From a virus, in IMG/VR virus record IMGVR_UViG_3300028648_000084, positions 17,532 to 81,531 of that record: 64,000 nucleotides of DNA. The stretch is one strand, 5' to 3'. The first letter of the stretch is position 1. Each line of letters begins with the position of its first letter. Made by a program: the position numbers and the translations under genes. Below are positions 28,932 through 37,885 of the stretch, one piece after another. The notes beneath the pieces are model-generated. The model saw only the letters and a list, made by a program, of their open reading frames with translations, was not told the DNA's origin and ran no database searches.

Positions 28932-29722
28932 GACACGCTCGTCGTTACGCGATAGGTGCGTGAGCAACTCTCGTAGCCGCCGCTGTAGGTGCGCGAGCGC
29001 TCGGGCAGCGTCCAGATTCCATCAAGCAACTCTTCGATCGTGTACGACGGCCCGAGCACGAAGCTCGAGGCGCCGATGTCCGCGATCACGCAGTCCGGCG
29101 GATCGACAGGATCTTCAGGACAACAGCCCGCGTTGCAGCACGCCTCGGAATGCAGGATGGCTGGGATGCACGGGTCCTCAGGATCGAGCTCGAAGCAGTT
29201 CCCGCTCTCGGGTGTGTAGTAGACCTGCGCGCACTTCGCGGGAAGCGCCGCAGCAAGCACGATCGACGCGCTGAAGGACGGAATGCCATCGCATTGCAGC
29301 GAGAGGAACTGAACGAGCGTGTTGAGCGGCTCGAAGTAGTCGGTGCCCGACTGGAGATACCCAGCGCTCATGAGCGCGTCGATGTCTTCACCGCGCCAGC
29401 ACTGTCCGGCTGGCCCCGCGAACGGCAGAGCGCCGCCAGTTCCTGCGCGCCAGAATCCTCCAGGGTCGATCGGGTACGGCGGCGTGGACGGCGGATAGCC
29501 GAGGTCCATTCGCAGCATCGTCCAACTCGTCGCGAAGATCTCGACCCAACCACCGGCGCCGTCATCGTGCTCGAGCTTGAGATGACCGACGAGTGTGTCG
29601 GGGCCGTTCGCCTCGATGTAGGCGGGGAACGCCGTGCAGTTCCCACCGAACGGCGGCGGCGGTGGCGGACCTTCGTCGCAACAGCAGATCACAGCGGGAA
29701 GCGCAGTCGTCGTCATGGACAA
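28928..29722 (-). CDS. Cys/Pro-rich putative tail-tip protein
   Basis: Paralog of 5989-6771. Confidence 0.65.
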   Translation of the reverse strand: MSMTTTALPAVICCCDEGPPPPPPFGGNCTAFPAYIEANGPDTLVGHLKLEHDDGAGGWVEIFATSWTMLRMDLGYPPSTPPYPIDPGGFWRAGTGGALPFAGPAGQCWRGEDIDALMSAGYLQSGTDYFEPLNTLVQFLSLQCDGIPSFSASIVLAAALPAKCAQVYYTPESGNCFELDPEDPCIPAILHSEACCNAGCCPEDPVDPPDCVIADIGASSFVLGPSYTIEELLDGIWTLPERSRTYSGGYESCSRTYRVTTSVS

Positions 29723-30573
29723 GTGACCTCGTAGGCGTTCGCCTGCGTGAACATCCAGAGTTCGCCGACCTCTGCAGGCACAGGCAACTGGACGATCGGC
29801 CCGACGAGTGTTCCGACAGGCAGGCGTTGCAAGGTGACGATGCCTCCTGGAAGCGAGTCGGTGACTTGATCCTGCAGATCACCAGAGAGTTCGAACGCGT
29901 TCACACATGGGATCGCGGCGCCGGATGCCGCGAAGAGATCCATCGCGGCGTTCTGATGTCGCGAAACGATGTAGCCCTGATAGCCGAGTGTGGCCTCGTC
30001 CTCGGTCTCAGTGACGCTCGCGATCTGACCGCTCGCGACGGCGCCAGAGATGACACCAGCATTCACGGCAACGATCGCCTTCTTCGATCCAGTGCCGCTC
30101 TCGCGCCAGAGAATGCGCACTGGCCCACCGGCTGCGCTCTGCAGGAGCTCCTCGCCGTCTGCCGCGACTGCGAAGTGATGATCCGCGCTCGTGATGTTGA
30201 CGATCGCCTGCACCGCGCCACTTACGCACACTCGGCCCATCTTGCCGGGCAGGATCGGCGCAGTCGCAATCGCGACCCACGCCCACTGATCATCCGTGTC
30301 TGGAATCTTGCAATCGACCGCGAGCCGCATGGCCCACTCGGCTTCGTTGTCCTCGGGAAGAATGACTGGCGCAACACAGATCACTGCGCCGTAGCGCGGG
30401 ATTGTGTCCTCGCCGGTGTTTCGCGCGAGCGCCGTCGTCGGCGAGGTCGCCAGCATCAGCGGGCCACCAGCTCCCACCGCGAGCGGCATCGATTGCATCT
30501 GGCGCGCGGCGCGATTGATCGCGTTCCAGTCCGCGGCGCGGATGCGCAGCCGATCGGCGGGCCGCACTGACAT
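29713..30573 (-). CDS. Putative tail tip/baseplate protein (286 aa)
   Basis: Real start MSVRPADRL at 30573 (TGATG overlap); paralog of 6768-7628. Confidence 0.7.
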   Translation of the reverse strand: MSVRPADRLRIRAADWNAINRAARQMQSMPLAVGAGGPLMLATSPTTALARNTGEDTIPRYGAVICVAPVILPEDNEAEWAMRLAVDCKIPDTDDQWAWVAIATAPILPGKMGRVCVSGAVQAIVNITSADHHFAVAADGEELLQSAAGGPVRILWRESGTGSKKAIVAVNAGVISGAVASGQIASVTETEDEATLGYQGYIVSRHQNAAMDLFAASGAAIPCVNAFELSGDLQDQVTDSLPGGIVTLQRLPVGTLVGPIVQLPVPAEVGELWMFTQANAYEVTCP

Positions 30574-31373
30574 CACCCGATCCCCATATCGCTGAAGTCG
30601 GTCGAGTCGTAAACGCGCTCGACATACGCGAACGCAGGCACGGGCACGATGCGATCGGCGCTGACGGCGGGCTCGTAGTAGACCCAGAGGTACTCGAAGC
30701 CATCCTTCGCAATGCCGGTGATCGAACCCACTGAAAGTCCGGTCGCGTTGTCGCTCGTCGCGAAACTGAAGGTGAGCTGCCAGACATCGTCGCTCGCGCG
30801 CTTGCCCCCACGAACACCGACCAGGAGCACCTCGCCCGCAGCGTGATCGCGGAACGGCGCGTCGTTCACTTTGCCGACCATCGAGCGGAGCATGCGGCGG
30901 TAGGCCGCGGTCACTGTCCCAGTCGAGAGATAGTGCGTCTCGCTGAAGCGCGACTCGGGGGTCAGGATGTCGCAGCCATCGACGCCGTCCTGGGTGACTC
31001 CGATCGCTTCGTCGAAGTCCGGCATCGTCATCACACCGGAGGGCGCGTACCCGCCGACAGTCGCCTTCGACTGGGTGATGTGCGTCGAGGTCGTTCCGAT
31101 CTCGAACTCGAAGTCGCTCTCTCCGACTTCGGGTGGAGTCGCTGGTGTGCTCCGGCGGTAACGCGCCGTGACCTCCCACATGCCGAGGTTCGAGTCGATC
31201 GGCGCGACATCGACGAGGAGGTTGCCGAGCCCGCCGTCTGTCGCGGGGAGATCGGAATACGCCTCACTCTCGACTTCGTTCTCGTCGGTGCTGCCGGTCG
31301 CGACAAAGACACGCTCGCGCGAGTCCTTTTCAATTCGAGGGCTGGAAGCCAGTTCTGCGAAGGTGACTGCCAC
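30573..31373 (-). CDS. Putative distal tail protein
   Basis: Follows the tape measure gene; paralog of 7625-8428. Confidence 0.7.
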   Translation of the reverse strand: MAVTFAELASSPRIEKDSRERVFVATGSTDENEVESEAYSDLPATDGGLGNLLVDVAPIDSNLGMWEVTARYRRSTPATPPEVGESDFEFEIGTTSTHITQSKATVGGYAPSGVMTMPDFDEAIGVTQDGVDGCDILTPESRFSETHYLSTGTVTAAYRRMLRSMVGKVNDAPFRDHAAGEVLLVGVRGGKRASDDVWQLTFSFATSDNATGLSVGSITGIAKDGFEYLWVYYEPAVSADRIVPVPAFAYVERVYDSTDFSDMGIG

Positions 31374-31376
31374 GGT

Positions 31377-33368
31377 TCATTCCTGGAACACGAGCCCATC
31401 GCTCGACGCCTTGCGCACGAGTGAGGCGACGTTCTTGGCGGTGTTTTCGGTCGCCTTCGCGATTCGATCGAGCGGTCGGCCACTCCCGGCCTGAAGACTC
31501 TGAATGGCGGCGGCCGCGAAGATGCCACGGGATTCCGACTTGGCACGCGCGCCGTCGAGTCCGTCGATCGCATCCGCGAACGCCGGGCGCCGACTGGCCA
31601 ACGGCCCTTGCTCGGCTGCGGCCTCGCGCGCCTTGCGTGCTTCTTCCATCGCGCCCCGGAGTTCCTCCTGCGCCTTCGCGAGCGCGTCTGCTGTCTCAGC
31701 GAGTGCTGTGTCACGCGCAGTCGAGATGGCTCGCTGGTCGTCAATCAGTCCGCCACCAATCGCGTCCTTCCGAGCAGCGAGCGCATTGGCCGAGGCGTGC
31801 TTGCGGCCCTCGAGTCGTCCTGCAATCTGCCGTTCTTGGGCGGCGCGCTCCTTCTCGAGCGCCGCAGCACCTGCGTCATCAGTCGCTCGGCGAGCTGCCT
31901 TCGCCGCAGTCGCGTCGAGCGACTCGTCGAAGAGCGCCATCACGTCGATGATGCGGTCGCCCATCCATCCGGTCACGGACTCCCAGACACTCCGGAAGAA
32001 ACTCGTCATCGAGAGCCAGGCGCGGGAGACGAACGCGAACGCCTCTGCCGCGGCTGTCTCGAAGGTGCTCCACGCCTCCGCCGCGAAGAGCTGCACGCCA
32101 GCAACGACCTCCGACCATGAATTCAGAAACCACCCCCGGACCTCAGTCCAGATGTCTCGCAGCCAGCCGGTGCCACGAACCCACTCCGCCTTGATCGCAA
32201 GCCAGGCGATCTTCGCAGCCAGCGCGAGATCTCCGGCCTTCATCGCATCACCGATGGCCCCGAGCACGGCGGTCACGCGCTCGCCGAGTTCACTGAAGCG
32301 GTCACGCAGCCAGTCGAGAGCCGCGCCACCCGCACCGGTGAAGTACAGGAGCGCCGCAATGCCGCCTCCAATTGCGACGGCCACGAGCCCGATCGGCGAC
32401 ACCAGCGCGAGGAAGGCCACCTTCATGAGCAACACTGCCTTGATGGCGATTCCGAATGCGGTCGCCAGTCCCCCAAACGCGGCCCCGGCGAACGAGATCG
32501 AGAGTCCAACCGCAATGAGCGCGGCACCAACCGCACCGACGATCGCGATGACCTTCGCAGTCGTCACGATCAATGGGCGGTTCGCAGCGATCCACTTGCT
32601 CGTGGCGGCCGCGATCTTTGCCATGCGTTGTGTGAGGTCGGTCACTGCCGGCGCGAGCGCCGCACCGATGTTCAGCCAAATGCCACGAACGGCCTTGCTC
32701 ATTCGATTGAAGGTGTCATTGAGACTCTCGGCTGCCTTCGCATCCTTGCCACCGATCGAGATGCCGAAGTCGCGTGCCTCCTGGCGAAGCGCCTCGATGC
32801 CCGATGCACCTTCAGCCAGGAGAGGAATGAGCTGAGCGCCGGCGCGACCGAAGATGTCCATCGCTGCAGCAGTCCGTCGCGCCGGGTCGTCGATTGCCTT
32901 GATGCGTTCCGCGATCGCAGCGAACTGCTCGTCAGGCGAGAGGCCTTCGAGGTCCTTCACACTGACGCCGAGCGCCGCGAACGCATCCTGGGCACCGGCC
33001 GCTCCATTCGCTGCGTCGACCATCGTGCGTTGCATGATGCGGACGCCCTTCTCAAGCGACTCCATGTCAGCGCCAGATTGCTCAGCAGCGAATCCAAGTT
33101 CGGACATCGCCTCAGTGCTCATGCCAGTGCGTGCCGCCGCTTTGGCAACCGCATCACCGACATCACTGAAGAGCTTCACACTCGCAGCAAGAGGTGCTGC
33201 GGCAGCAGTGGCAGCGCCCACCATGCCGAGTCCGATGTTGCGCACGGCACCACCGAAGGCCTTCAGTCGTGCCTGTGCAGCGCGCAGTCCCTTCGTGAGC
33301 TTGTCGTTGACTCCAAGCTCGACATACGCGCGACCAGCTTTGATGCCTGACGCCGAGCCCTTAGCCAC
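31377..33368 (-). CDS. Phage tail tape measure protein (663 aa)
   Basis: Same features as 8432-10423. Confidence 0.9.
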   Translation of the reverse strand: MAKGSASGIKAGRAYVELGVNDKLTKGLRAAQARLKAFGGAVRNIGLGMVGAATAAAAPLAASVKLFSDVGDAVAKAAARTGMSTEAMSELGFAAEQSGADMESLEKGVRIMQRTMVDAANGAAGAQDAFAALGVSVKDLEGLSPDEQFAAIAERIKAIDDPARRTAAAMDIFGRAGAQLIPLLAEGASGIEALRQEARDFGISIGGKDAKAAESLNDTFNRMSKAVRGIWLNIGAALAPAVTDLTQRMAKIAAATSKWIAANRPLIVTTAKVIAIVGAVGAALIAVGLSISFAGAAFGGLATAFGIAIKAVLLMKVAFLALVSPIGLVAVAIGGGIAALLYFTGAGGAALDWLRDRFSELGERVTAVLGAIGDAMKAGDLALAAKIAWLAIKAEWVRGTGWLRDIWTEVRGWFLNSWSEVVAGVQLFAAEAWSTFETAAAEAFAFVSRAWLSMTSFFRSVWESVTGWMGDRIIDVMALFDESLDATAAKAARRATDDAGAAALEKERAAQERQIAGRLEGRKHASANALAARKDAIGGGLIDDQRAISTARDTALAETADALAKAQEELRGAMEEARKAREAAAEQGPLASRRPAFADAIDGLDGARAKSESRGIFAAAAIQSLQAGSGRPLDRIAKATENTAKNVASLVRKASSDGLVFQE

Positions 33369-33371
33369 AGA

Positions 33372-33890
33372 TCACCCTCTCGATAGGACTGCGTTTCTGA
33401 ATTGCTCCGGCAACTTGCTCGCCTCGCGAGAGAGTGCAGGTGCCATGAACGGTCGCGCCGCGATGCGTACGGACTTGCGCTCGACGCCTCCCTTGCTGCG
33501 GCGGCGTTCAACCACCGTCGTGCCACCGAACTCGAGAGTCTCGGGCGCGCCAGTGCTCTTGTTGATCCGCTCAGGACCAACAAGCACGTTTGGGCTCCCG
33601 TTCCCGGGGGCGGGGGCTGCGGCGAAGAGGATGCGATCACGGAGCAGGCCAGTCCTTGAGTACGGCGGACTCCCTGGAAGGGAGACGCGCTCGACGACCT
33701 TCGGCGTCTCTCCTTCTCTCGCACGGCCGCGCGCACGCACTTTCCCTTCCTTGATCGACTTGCGGGCACCGCGCATCACGAAGGCGCCTCCCTTGGAGAG
33801 CGCCTTGCGAGTCGCGGCATCCATCGCTCGCACGACACGCTCGCGATCGAAGAAGAAGTCTTTGCTCTTACCGATCGAAATCGTGAGCAT
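33372..33890 (-). CDS. Basic phage neck/tail completion protein (HK97 gp10-like)
   Basis: Paralog of 10427-10939. Confidence 0.65.
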   Translation of the reverse strand: MLTISIGKSKDFFFDRERVVRAMDAATRKALSKGGAFVMRGARKSIKEGKVRARGRAREGETPKVVERVSLPGSPPYSRTGLLRDRILFAAAPAPGNGSPNVLVGPERINKSTGAPETLEFGGTTVVERRRSKGGVERKSVRIAARPFMAPALSREASKLPEQFRNAVLSRG

Positions 33891-33893
33891 GGC

Positions 33894-34796
33894 TCAAGCC
33901 CCCCCGGAACCCGCCTTCGCGAGTGCGAACTCTGTCCTTGCGACATCGTCACCGGCGAGCACGGCGCGTGCCTGCTTTCGGATGTTCGGATCGTTCGCGA
34001 TGTTCTCGATACCGAAGCGCTCGGTGACCGCGATCACTCGGCGAGCACCATCGCGCTGCTCCACAGCTTCATCGCGCTCGCCTTCGAGCTCGCGGGCCTT
34101 CTTGCGACCGCGCAGCGCAATCATGGTTCCGATCGAGCCGCCACCAAGGAGCGCGGCCAGTCCTGTCTCGAGCACACTCGACACCTGGCCCGCGATCATT
34201 CCAGCGCCAGGCACGCCGAGATTGCCGACCTGATCGCCGATTCCCTTCACGGCTGCGGTCGTGCGCTTGATCGCGGCAACTGTCGCTTCGTCGAAGGATT
34301 CGAGAGTCGCTTCAGCCTGTGCGAGATCGCGCTTCGCCTTGCTTGCCGCGACCTCGACCTTGACGAGTTGTTCTTCGTAATCGGCCAGGAGTCGCGCGAC
34401 GGCGGCTGACTCGTTCGTGAGTCCTTCGAGCTGCGCGTCGATCTCTCTGATCGACGCGAGCAGGATCGTGCGCGCCTCCGGCGGCGCCGTCGCGAGCTTG
34501 GCCGCCAATTCGGATTGCATCCGCTCGAGCACACCGCGACGCTGGGTGATCCTGTCCTCGGCGCCTTTCAGTTTCGCCTGCTCGCGCTCGGCCAGGAGCC
34601 TCTGCTCCTTGAGCTTCTCGACCTCTTCATCCGCCTTCGCGATCTGGTCGGCGGTCGCTTTCACATCCTTGCTGGTCGGTGCACCGACGGCACCCGCCAC
34701 GACATCGCGAAGGCCCTCGCAGCCGGGAAGCCCGAGCACCCCCGGAATGGCCACAATGCAGAACAGGAGCGCCAGAACCGAGTTTCGATACCTCAT
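33894..34796 (-). CDS. Coiled-coil lipoprotein with C-terminal hydrophobic segment
   Basis: Signal ending LPGC, long heptad region, then LETGLAALLGGGSIGTMIAL followed by RGRKK. Confidence 0.75.
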   Translation of the reverse strand: MRYRNSVLALLFCIVAIPGVLGLPGCEGLRDVVAGAVGAPTSKDVKATADQIAKADEEVEKLKEQRLLAEREQAKLKGAEDRITQRRGVLERMQSELAAKLATAPPEARTILLASIREIDAQLEGLTNESAAVARLLADYEEQLVKVEVAASKAKRDLAQAEATLESFDEATVAAIKRTTAAVKGIGDQVGNLGVPGAGMIAGQVSSVLETGLAALLGGGSIGTMIALRGRKKARELEGERDEAVEQRDGARRVIAVTERFGIENIANDPNIRKQARAVLAGDDVARTEFALAKAGSGGA

Positions 34797-35152
34797 ATAT
34801 GTCCCTTCTGAGCCGAAGCTCGTTTTGCCCCCGGACCCCCCGAAACAGGGGCCGGGCAGAAGATGTCGCGAAGTACGGTGATTGCGGCCTTTGGAAGTGG
34901 CCCGCGGGCATCCCGGGTAGTGCCCATTCCTGGCTTCCGGGGCGGGCGGGGGTTGAAGTCGTCGGGTGTGAATCGTTTGCCCTTCTTGGGGTCGCGATGA
35001 ATGTTGGCGATGAGGGCCATGAGTGATGCGGTGTGCGACCAGCGCTCGTCCAAGTGCGCGTCGGCCATCCAGTCCAGTTCGCGAAGCGTCAGGCCGTCGG
35101 GGTCAACGCCGACGATTCCGGCAAGTCGATAGACAACGGACCAGAGATCGCC
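34793..35152 (-). CDS. Tail assembly chaperone, second (T-like) reading frame
   Basis: The -1 frame reads GDLWSVVYRLAGIVGVDPDGLTLRELDWMADAH..., overlapping the end of 35089-35586. Confidence 0.6.
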   Translation of the reverse strand, partial: GDLWSVVYRLAGIVGVDPDGLTLRELDWMADAHLDERWSHTASLMALIANIHRDPKKGKRFTPDDFNPRPPRKPGMGTTRDARGPLPKAAITVLRDIFCPAPVSGGPGAKRASAQKGHI

Positions 35153-35586
35153 GCGGTCATCGCGCGTTCGATCTCGCCGCTCTCGAGTCGTTGCTCGACG
35201 AGCGTCCTTGCCCGATCCATCGCGGCGTCCATCGTTCGGATCACCCGCGAGAGCGCCGCTCGCTCGCGGGCATTCGGGAAAAACTGGATGAGCTCCTCGA
35301 CGAGCGCCTTCGACGCGTGTTCGATCGCGTCGCCAGCCATCGCTTCACCGAACTCGATGTCGGTGACTTGCGCGAGATCCGCCTGCGGCTTGCACACCGC
35401 GAAGAGCACATCGCAGAGAGTGATCGGGTCAGCCACAAGGCGTTCGATGACGCGACCCTCAGCGAGGTCGAGAAGATCGACCTTCGCCAGATCGCGCACG
35501 CGCTTGATGGCAGCGACATTGAGCTTGACCGACCAGGAGCGTCCGGCGTTGTCAGTGAACGCGCGCATTAGGGCACCTCGAACCAC
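35089..35586 (-). CDS. Tail assembly chaperone (G-like)
   Basis: Lies between the major tail gene and the tape measure gene; acidic and helical. Confidence 0.75.
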   Translation of the reverse strand: MVRGALMRAFTDNAGRSWSVKLNVAAIKRVRDLAKVDLLDLAEGRVIERLVADPITLCDVLFAVCKPQADLAQVTDIEFGEAMAGDAIEHASKALVEELIQFFPNARERAALSRVIRTMDAAMDRARTLVEQRLESGEIERAMTAAISGPLSIDLPESSALTPTA

Positions 35587-36017
35587 GATGGTGCGTTCGC
35601 GGCATACGCAGGCTTGAGAGTGACACTCACACTCAATGCTTCTTCAAGAGGTTCCGATCGCGAGAACGCGGTCACGCTGCAGGTCGCACGCAGACCTTGA
35701 TTGCCGGAGGAGCCGGCGCCGCTCACAGGACCATCCAGCGCGAGGATCTCGAGCGTCGTGTTGCCGAGATACGCGTCCTTGATCGCGTCGAAGTCAGCGT
35801 CCTCGGTGTCCCAGACCATCTCGAACTCGATCGAGGCGTCTTTGAGAGTTTGCGCCGTTGCGCGCCAGCCGTTGTTCGCGCGCGTGGTCACATCCGCCTC
35901 GCCGGATTCGAGGTTCAGCGTCACGTCCTTGACGTTCGCGATCTCGTTCCATGCGGGCGTGGCGTAGGTGCCGGTGTTTCTGTAGAGCTTGGCGTTGAGT
36001 CCGAGCCGGATGGCCAT
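35568..36017 (-). CDS. Major tail (tube) protein
   Basis: NVKDVTLNLESGEADVTTR...W...ASIEFEMVWD, typical siphovirus tube pattern. Confidence 0.85.
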   Translation of the reverse strand: MAIRLGLNAKLYRNTGTYATPAWNEIANVKDVTLNLESGEADVTTRANNGWRATAQTLKDASIEFEMVWDTEDADFDAIKDAYLGNTTLEILALDGPVSGAGSSGNQGLRATCSVTAFSRSEPLEEALSVSVTLKPAYAANAPSWFEVP

Positions 36018-36045
36018 CGGAGAGTCCTTTCAACAACGGACGATT

Positions 36046-36312
36046 TCAGTCCGCAGGTGAGTTCCCGGAGAAGGAGACGACGGTGCCGCTGGAGCTGGCG
36101 GCCACATAGAGTTCGTTGAGGTTGATGCGATCGAGGCGCACCGGCACATTCGTTGGCAGGGACGCGCGCGTCGAACCGGCATCGGTCGAGAGGTACGCCG
36201 TGCGCGCCGCAGTCGTGTTCACAACCGTCACGCTCGCGAGCAATCGTGCGCTCGAAGCACGCACATAGCTCGTGCCCACCGTCAATTCGAATGCGATCGG
36301 GTTCGCTCTCAT
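36046..36312 (-). CDS. Small hypothetical virion protein
   Basis: 88-aa beta-rich ORF coupled within the operon. Confidence 0.6.
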   Translation of the reverse strand: MRANPIAFELTVGTSYVRASSARLLASVTVVNTTAARTAYLSTDAGSTRASLPTNVPVRLDRINLNELYVAASSSGTVVSFSGNSPAD

Positions 36313-36749
36313 GCGAACACCCGATAGATGAGGCGGATCACACCCGTGTACTGCTTGAGCCTGTTCCAGTGATCGGGATCGAGCACCGGCTCAAGGCGCG
36401 CGGAGACGAACGCGGCATCGCCTGGTTTCGGGTCGCCAGGAAGCGGAAGCGCTCGCTGAAACAGCGCATCGTTGATCGCTTCGAGAGCCGCGACGAGAGT
36501 GCCAACCTCGGCTTCATCCTCAGCGGCCTTCTGGAGCGCAACGAGGATCTCGCAGTCGTACTGCCCCCGGCCACGCCCGAGGTTCGCCGGGGTTTCCGTC
36601 GATGGCACGACCCAGCAAGCGAGTGCGCCAGCGTCGATGCGATCGGTGAACGGCATCCACGCGACCTGCGCCGTCACGGAGACTGGCAGCGTGGCCGCGT
36701 TGATCGCGGTGGCGACTGCCTCGGCAACAAGTGCGATGCGTGAGGCCAT
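36309..36749 (-). CDS. Tail terminator / head-tail protein
   Basis: Position before the major tail gene; start MASRIALV at 36749. Confidence 0.65.
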   Translation of the reverse strand: MASRIALVAEAVATAINAATLPVSVTAQVAWMPFTDRIDAGALACWVVPSTETPANLGRGRGQYDCEILVALQKAAEDEAEVGTLVAALEAINDALFQRALPLPGDPKPGDAAFVSARLEPVLDPDHWNRLKQYTGVIRLIYRVFA

Positions 36750-36751
36750 GA

Positions 36752-37045
36752 TTAAAGCTCCAAACCTGAGCCAGACGGCGCAGAGCAACCGGTGGACTGG
36801 AAGCGATGGTTCTGCTCCAGGCGATCGATGCGACGCGCCGTGTCCTCATGCATCCGCTGCGAGTGCTGAATCGTGGTGGTCACAGCGACGGTTGTCTTCA
36901 CGAGGTCGGCCACAGCCACGCGGAGTTCGTCCACACTCCGCGCCAGCGTGTTCAGCTGCTCGTCGCGATGGCCGAGATGGATGAAGATCGCGCCAGCTGC
37001 GGCGACAGTCGCGATGATCTGGAAAATGGCAACGATGTCGTTCAA
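36752..37045 (-). CDS. Single-TM coiled-coil protein, holin-like candidate
   Basis: TTG start overlapping the upstream TGA; IVAIFQIIATVAAAGAIFIHL transmembrane segment then heptads. Confidence 0.5.
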   Translation of the reverse strand: MNDIVAIFQIIATVAAAGAIFIHLGHRDEQLNTLARSVDELRVAVADLVKTTVAVTTTIQHSQRMHEDTARRIDRLEQNHRFQSTGCSAPSGSGLEL

Positions 37046-37440
37046 GTGATGATCTCCGGTGGAGGCACATGGGTCGGCTCGACACCAACGAGCCGTGTGT
37101 GAATGCGATATGCGGTGCGAGTCGCGTCGGCCCAACGCCAGGCGGGCGCGCTCTGGACTGGGGCCATGACCTCAAACACATAGACGAGCGCGCCACGCGG
37201 CTCGCGGATTCGATCCCCGCGGGCAGGCGCCTCTTCAAGGTCGCCCGTCGCGACGATGAAGTCGCGCGACTCGGTGCGCTCCATGATGCCGCCCTCGCCG
37301 ACAACTTCGAACTCGGTGCGACCGATGGTCGCGACGATGTTCGTTGAGATGGTGCCGGCCAGGTACTCGATCTCGTGAGAGAGATGCGAGCGACGCTGAT
37401 CGGCAAGCCACTCGGCTCCATTGGCGATGAGGTCTGGCAT
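37042..37440 (-). CDS. Head-tail joining/closure protein
   Basis: Position after capsid and decoration genes; small beta protein. Confidence 0.65.
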   Translation of the reverse strand: MPDLIANGAEWLADQRRSHLSHEIEYLAGTISTNIVATIGRTEFEVVGEGGIMERTESRDFIVATGDLEEAPARGDRIREPRGALVYVFEVMAPVQSAPAWRWADATRTAYRIHTRLVGVEPTHVPPPEIIT

Positions 37441-37463
37441 GAGCGGGTTCGAGTTCCTGCGCC

Positions 37464-37799
37464 TTACTGCGACATGCGAATGCGCACGAGCGCGTCGGCG
37501 TCAGCCGCCGCGATGACACACTTGCCGATCAGCTTGTTGGCACCAGCTGCAGCGCTCGTGGTCGCGCGCGAATTGCCTGCGTCCCAGTAGCAGAGCGCAC
37601 CAGCGGTGATCGCAGTGCTGCCACCGGTCTGCTTCGGGAAGTCATGGACTCCCGCGACAGCGAGTGCGCCGAGCTTGTTCGCCTTGATGTCGCGCGCAGC
37701 GACACCGACGAGTTCGCCCAGGACGACGACTGCACCCGCAGCCACATCAGCGCCGGGCGTGTAGTCGATCGAGTTGCCTTCATGAATGAAGCGAGCCAT
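37464..37799 (-). CDS. DUF2190-family capsid decoration/cement protein
   Basis: FIHEGNSIDYTP...AGAVVVLGELVGVA..DI.AN.LGAL.V.GV..FPK signature. Confidence 0.85.
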   Translation of the reverse strand: MARFIHEGNSIDYTPGADVAAGAVVVLGELVGVAARDIKANKLGALAVAGVHDFPKQTGGSTAITAGALCYWDAGNSRATTSAAAGANKLIGKCVIAAADADALVRIRMSQ

Positions 37800-37885
37800 G
37801 TGGATGTGTCCTTCCTATGTCTTGGTTCAGAAGGCCGAGCGCGATCACGAGGACCGCGCCCGGCCCGTCCGGGGGCTTGTGTGAA

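Noticed and set aside
5989-29722. Diversity-generating retroelement template/variable repeat pair in the duplicated tail-tip genes
   Set aside because: No reverse transcriptase; differences are not adenine-specific and extend over the whole 6-kb duplication.
31504-34233. Long plus-strand ORFs (31504-32835, 32854-34233) and their equivalents in unit 1
   Set aside because: Ser/Ala-rich antisense mirrors of the tape measure and neighbouring genes.
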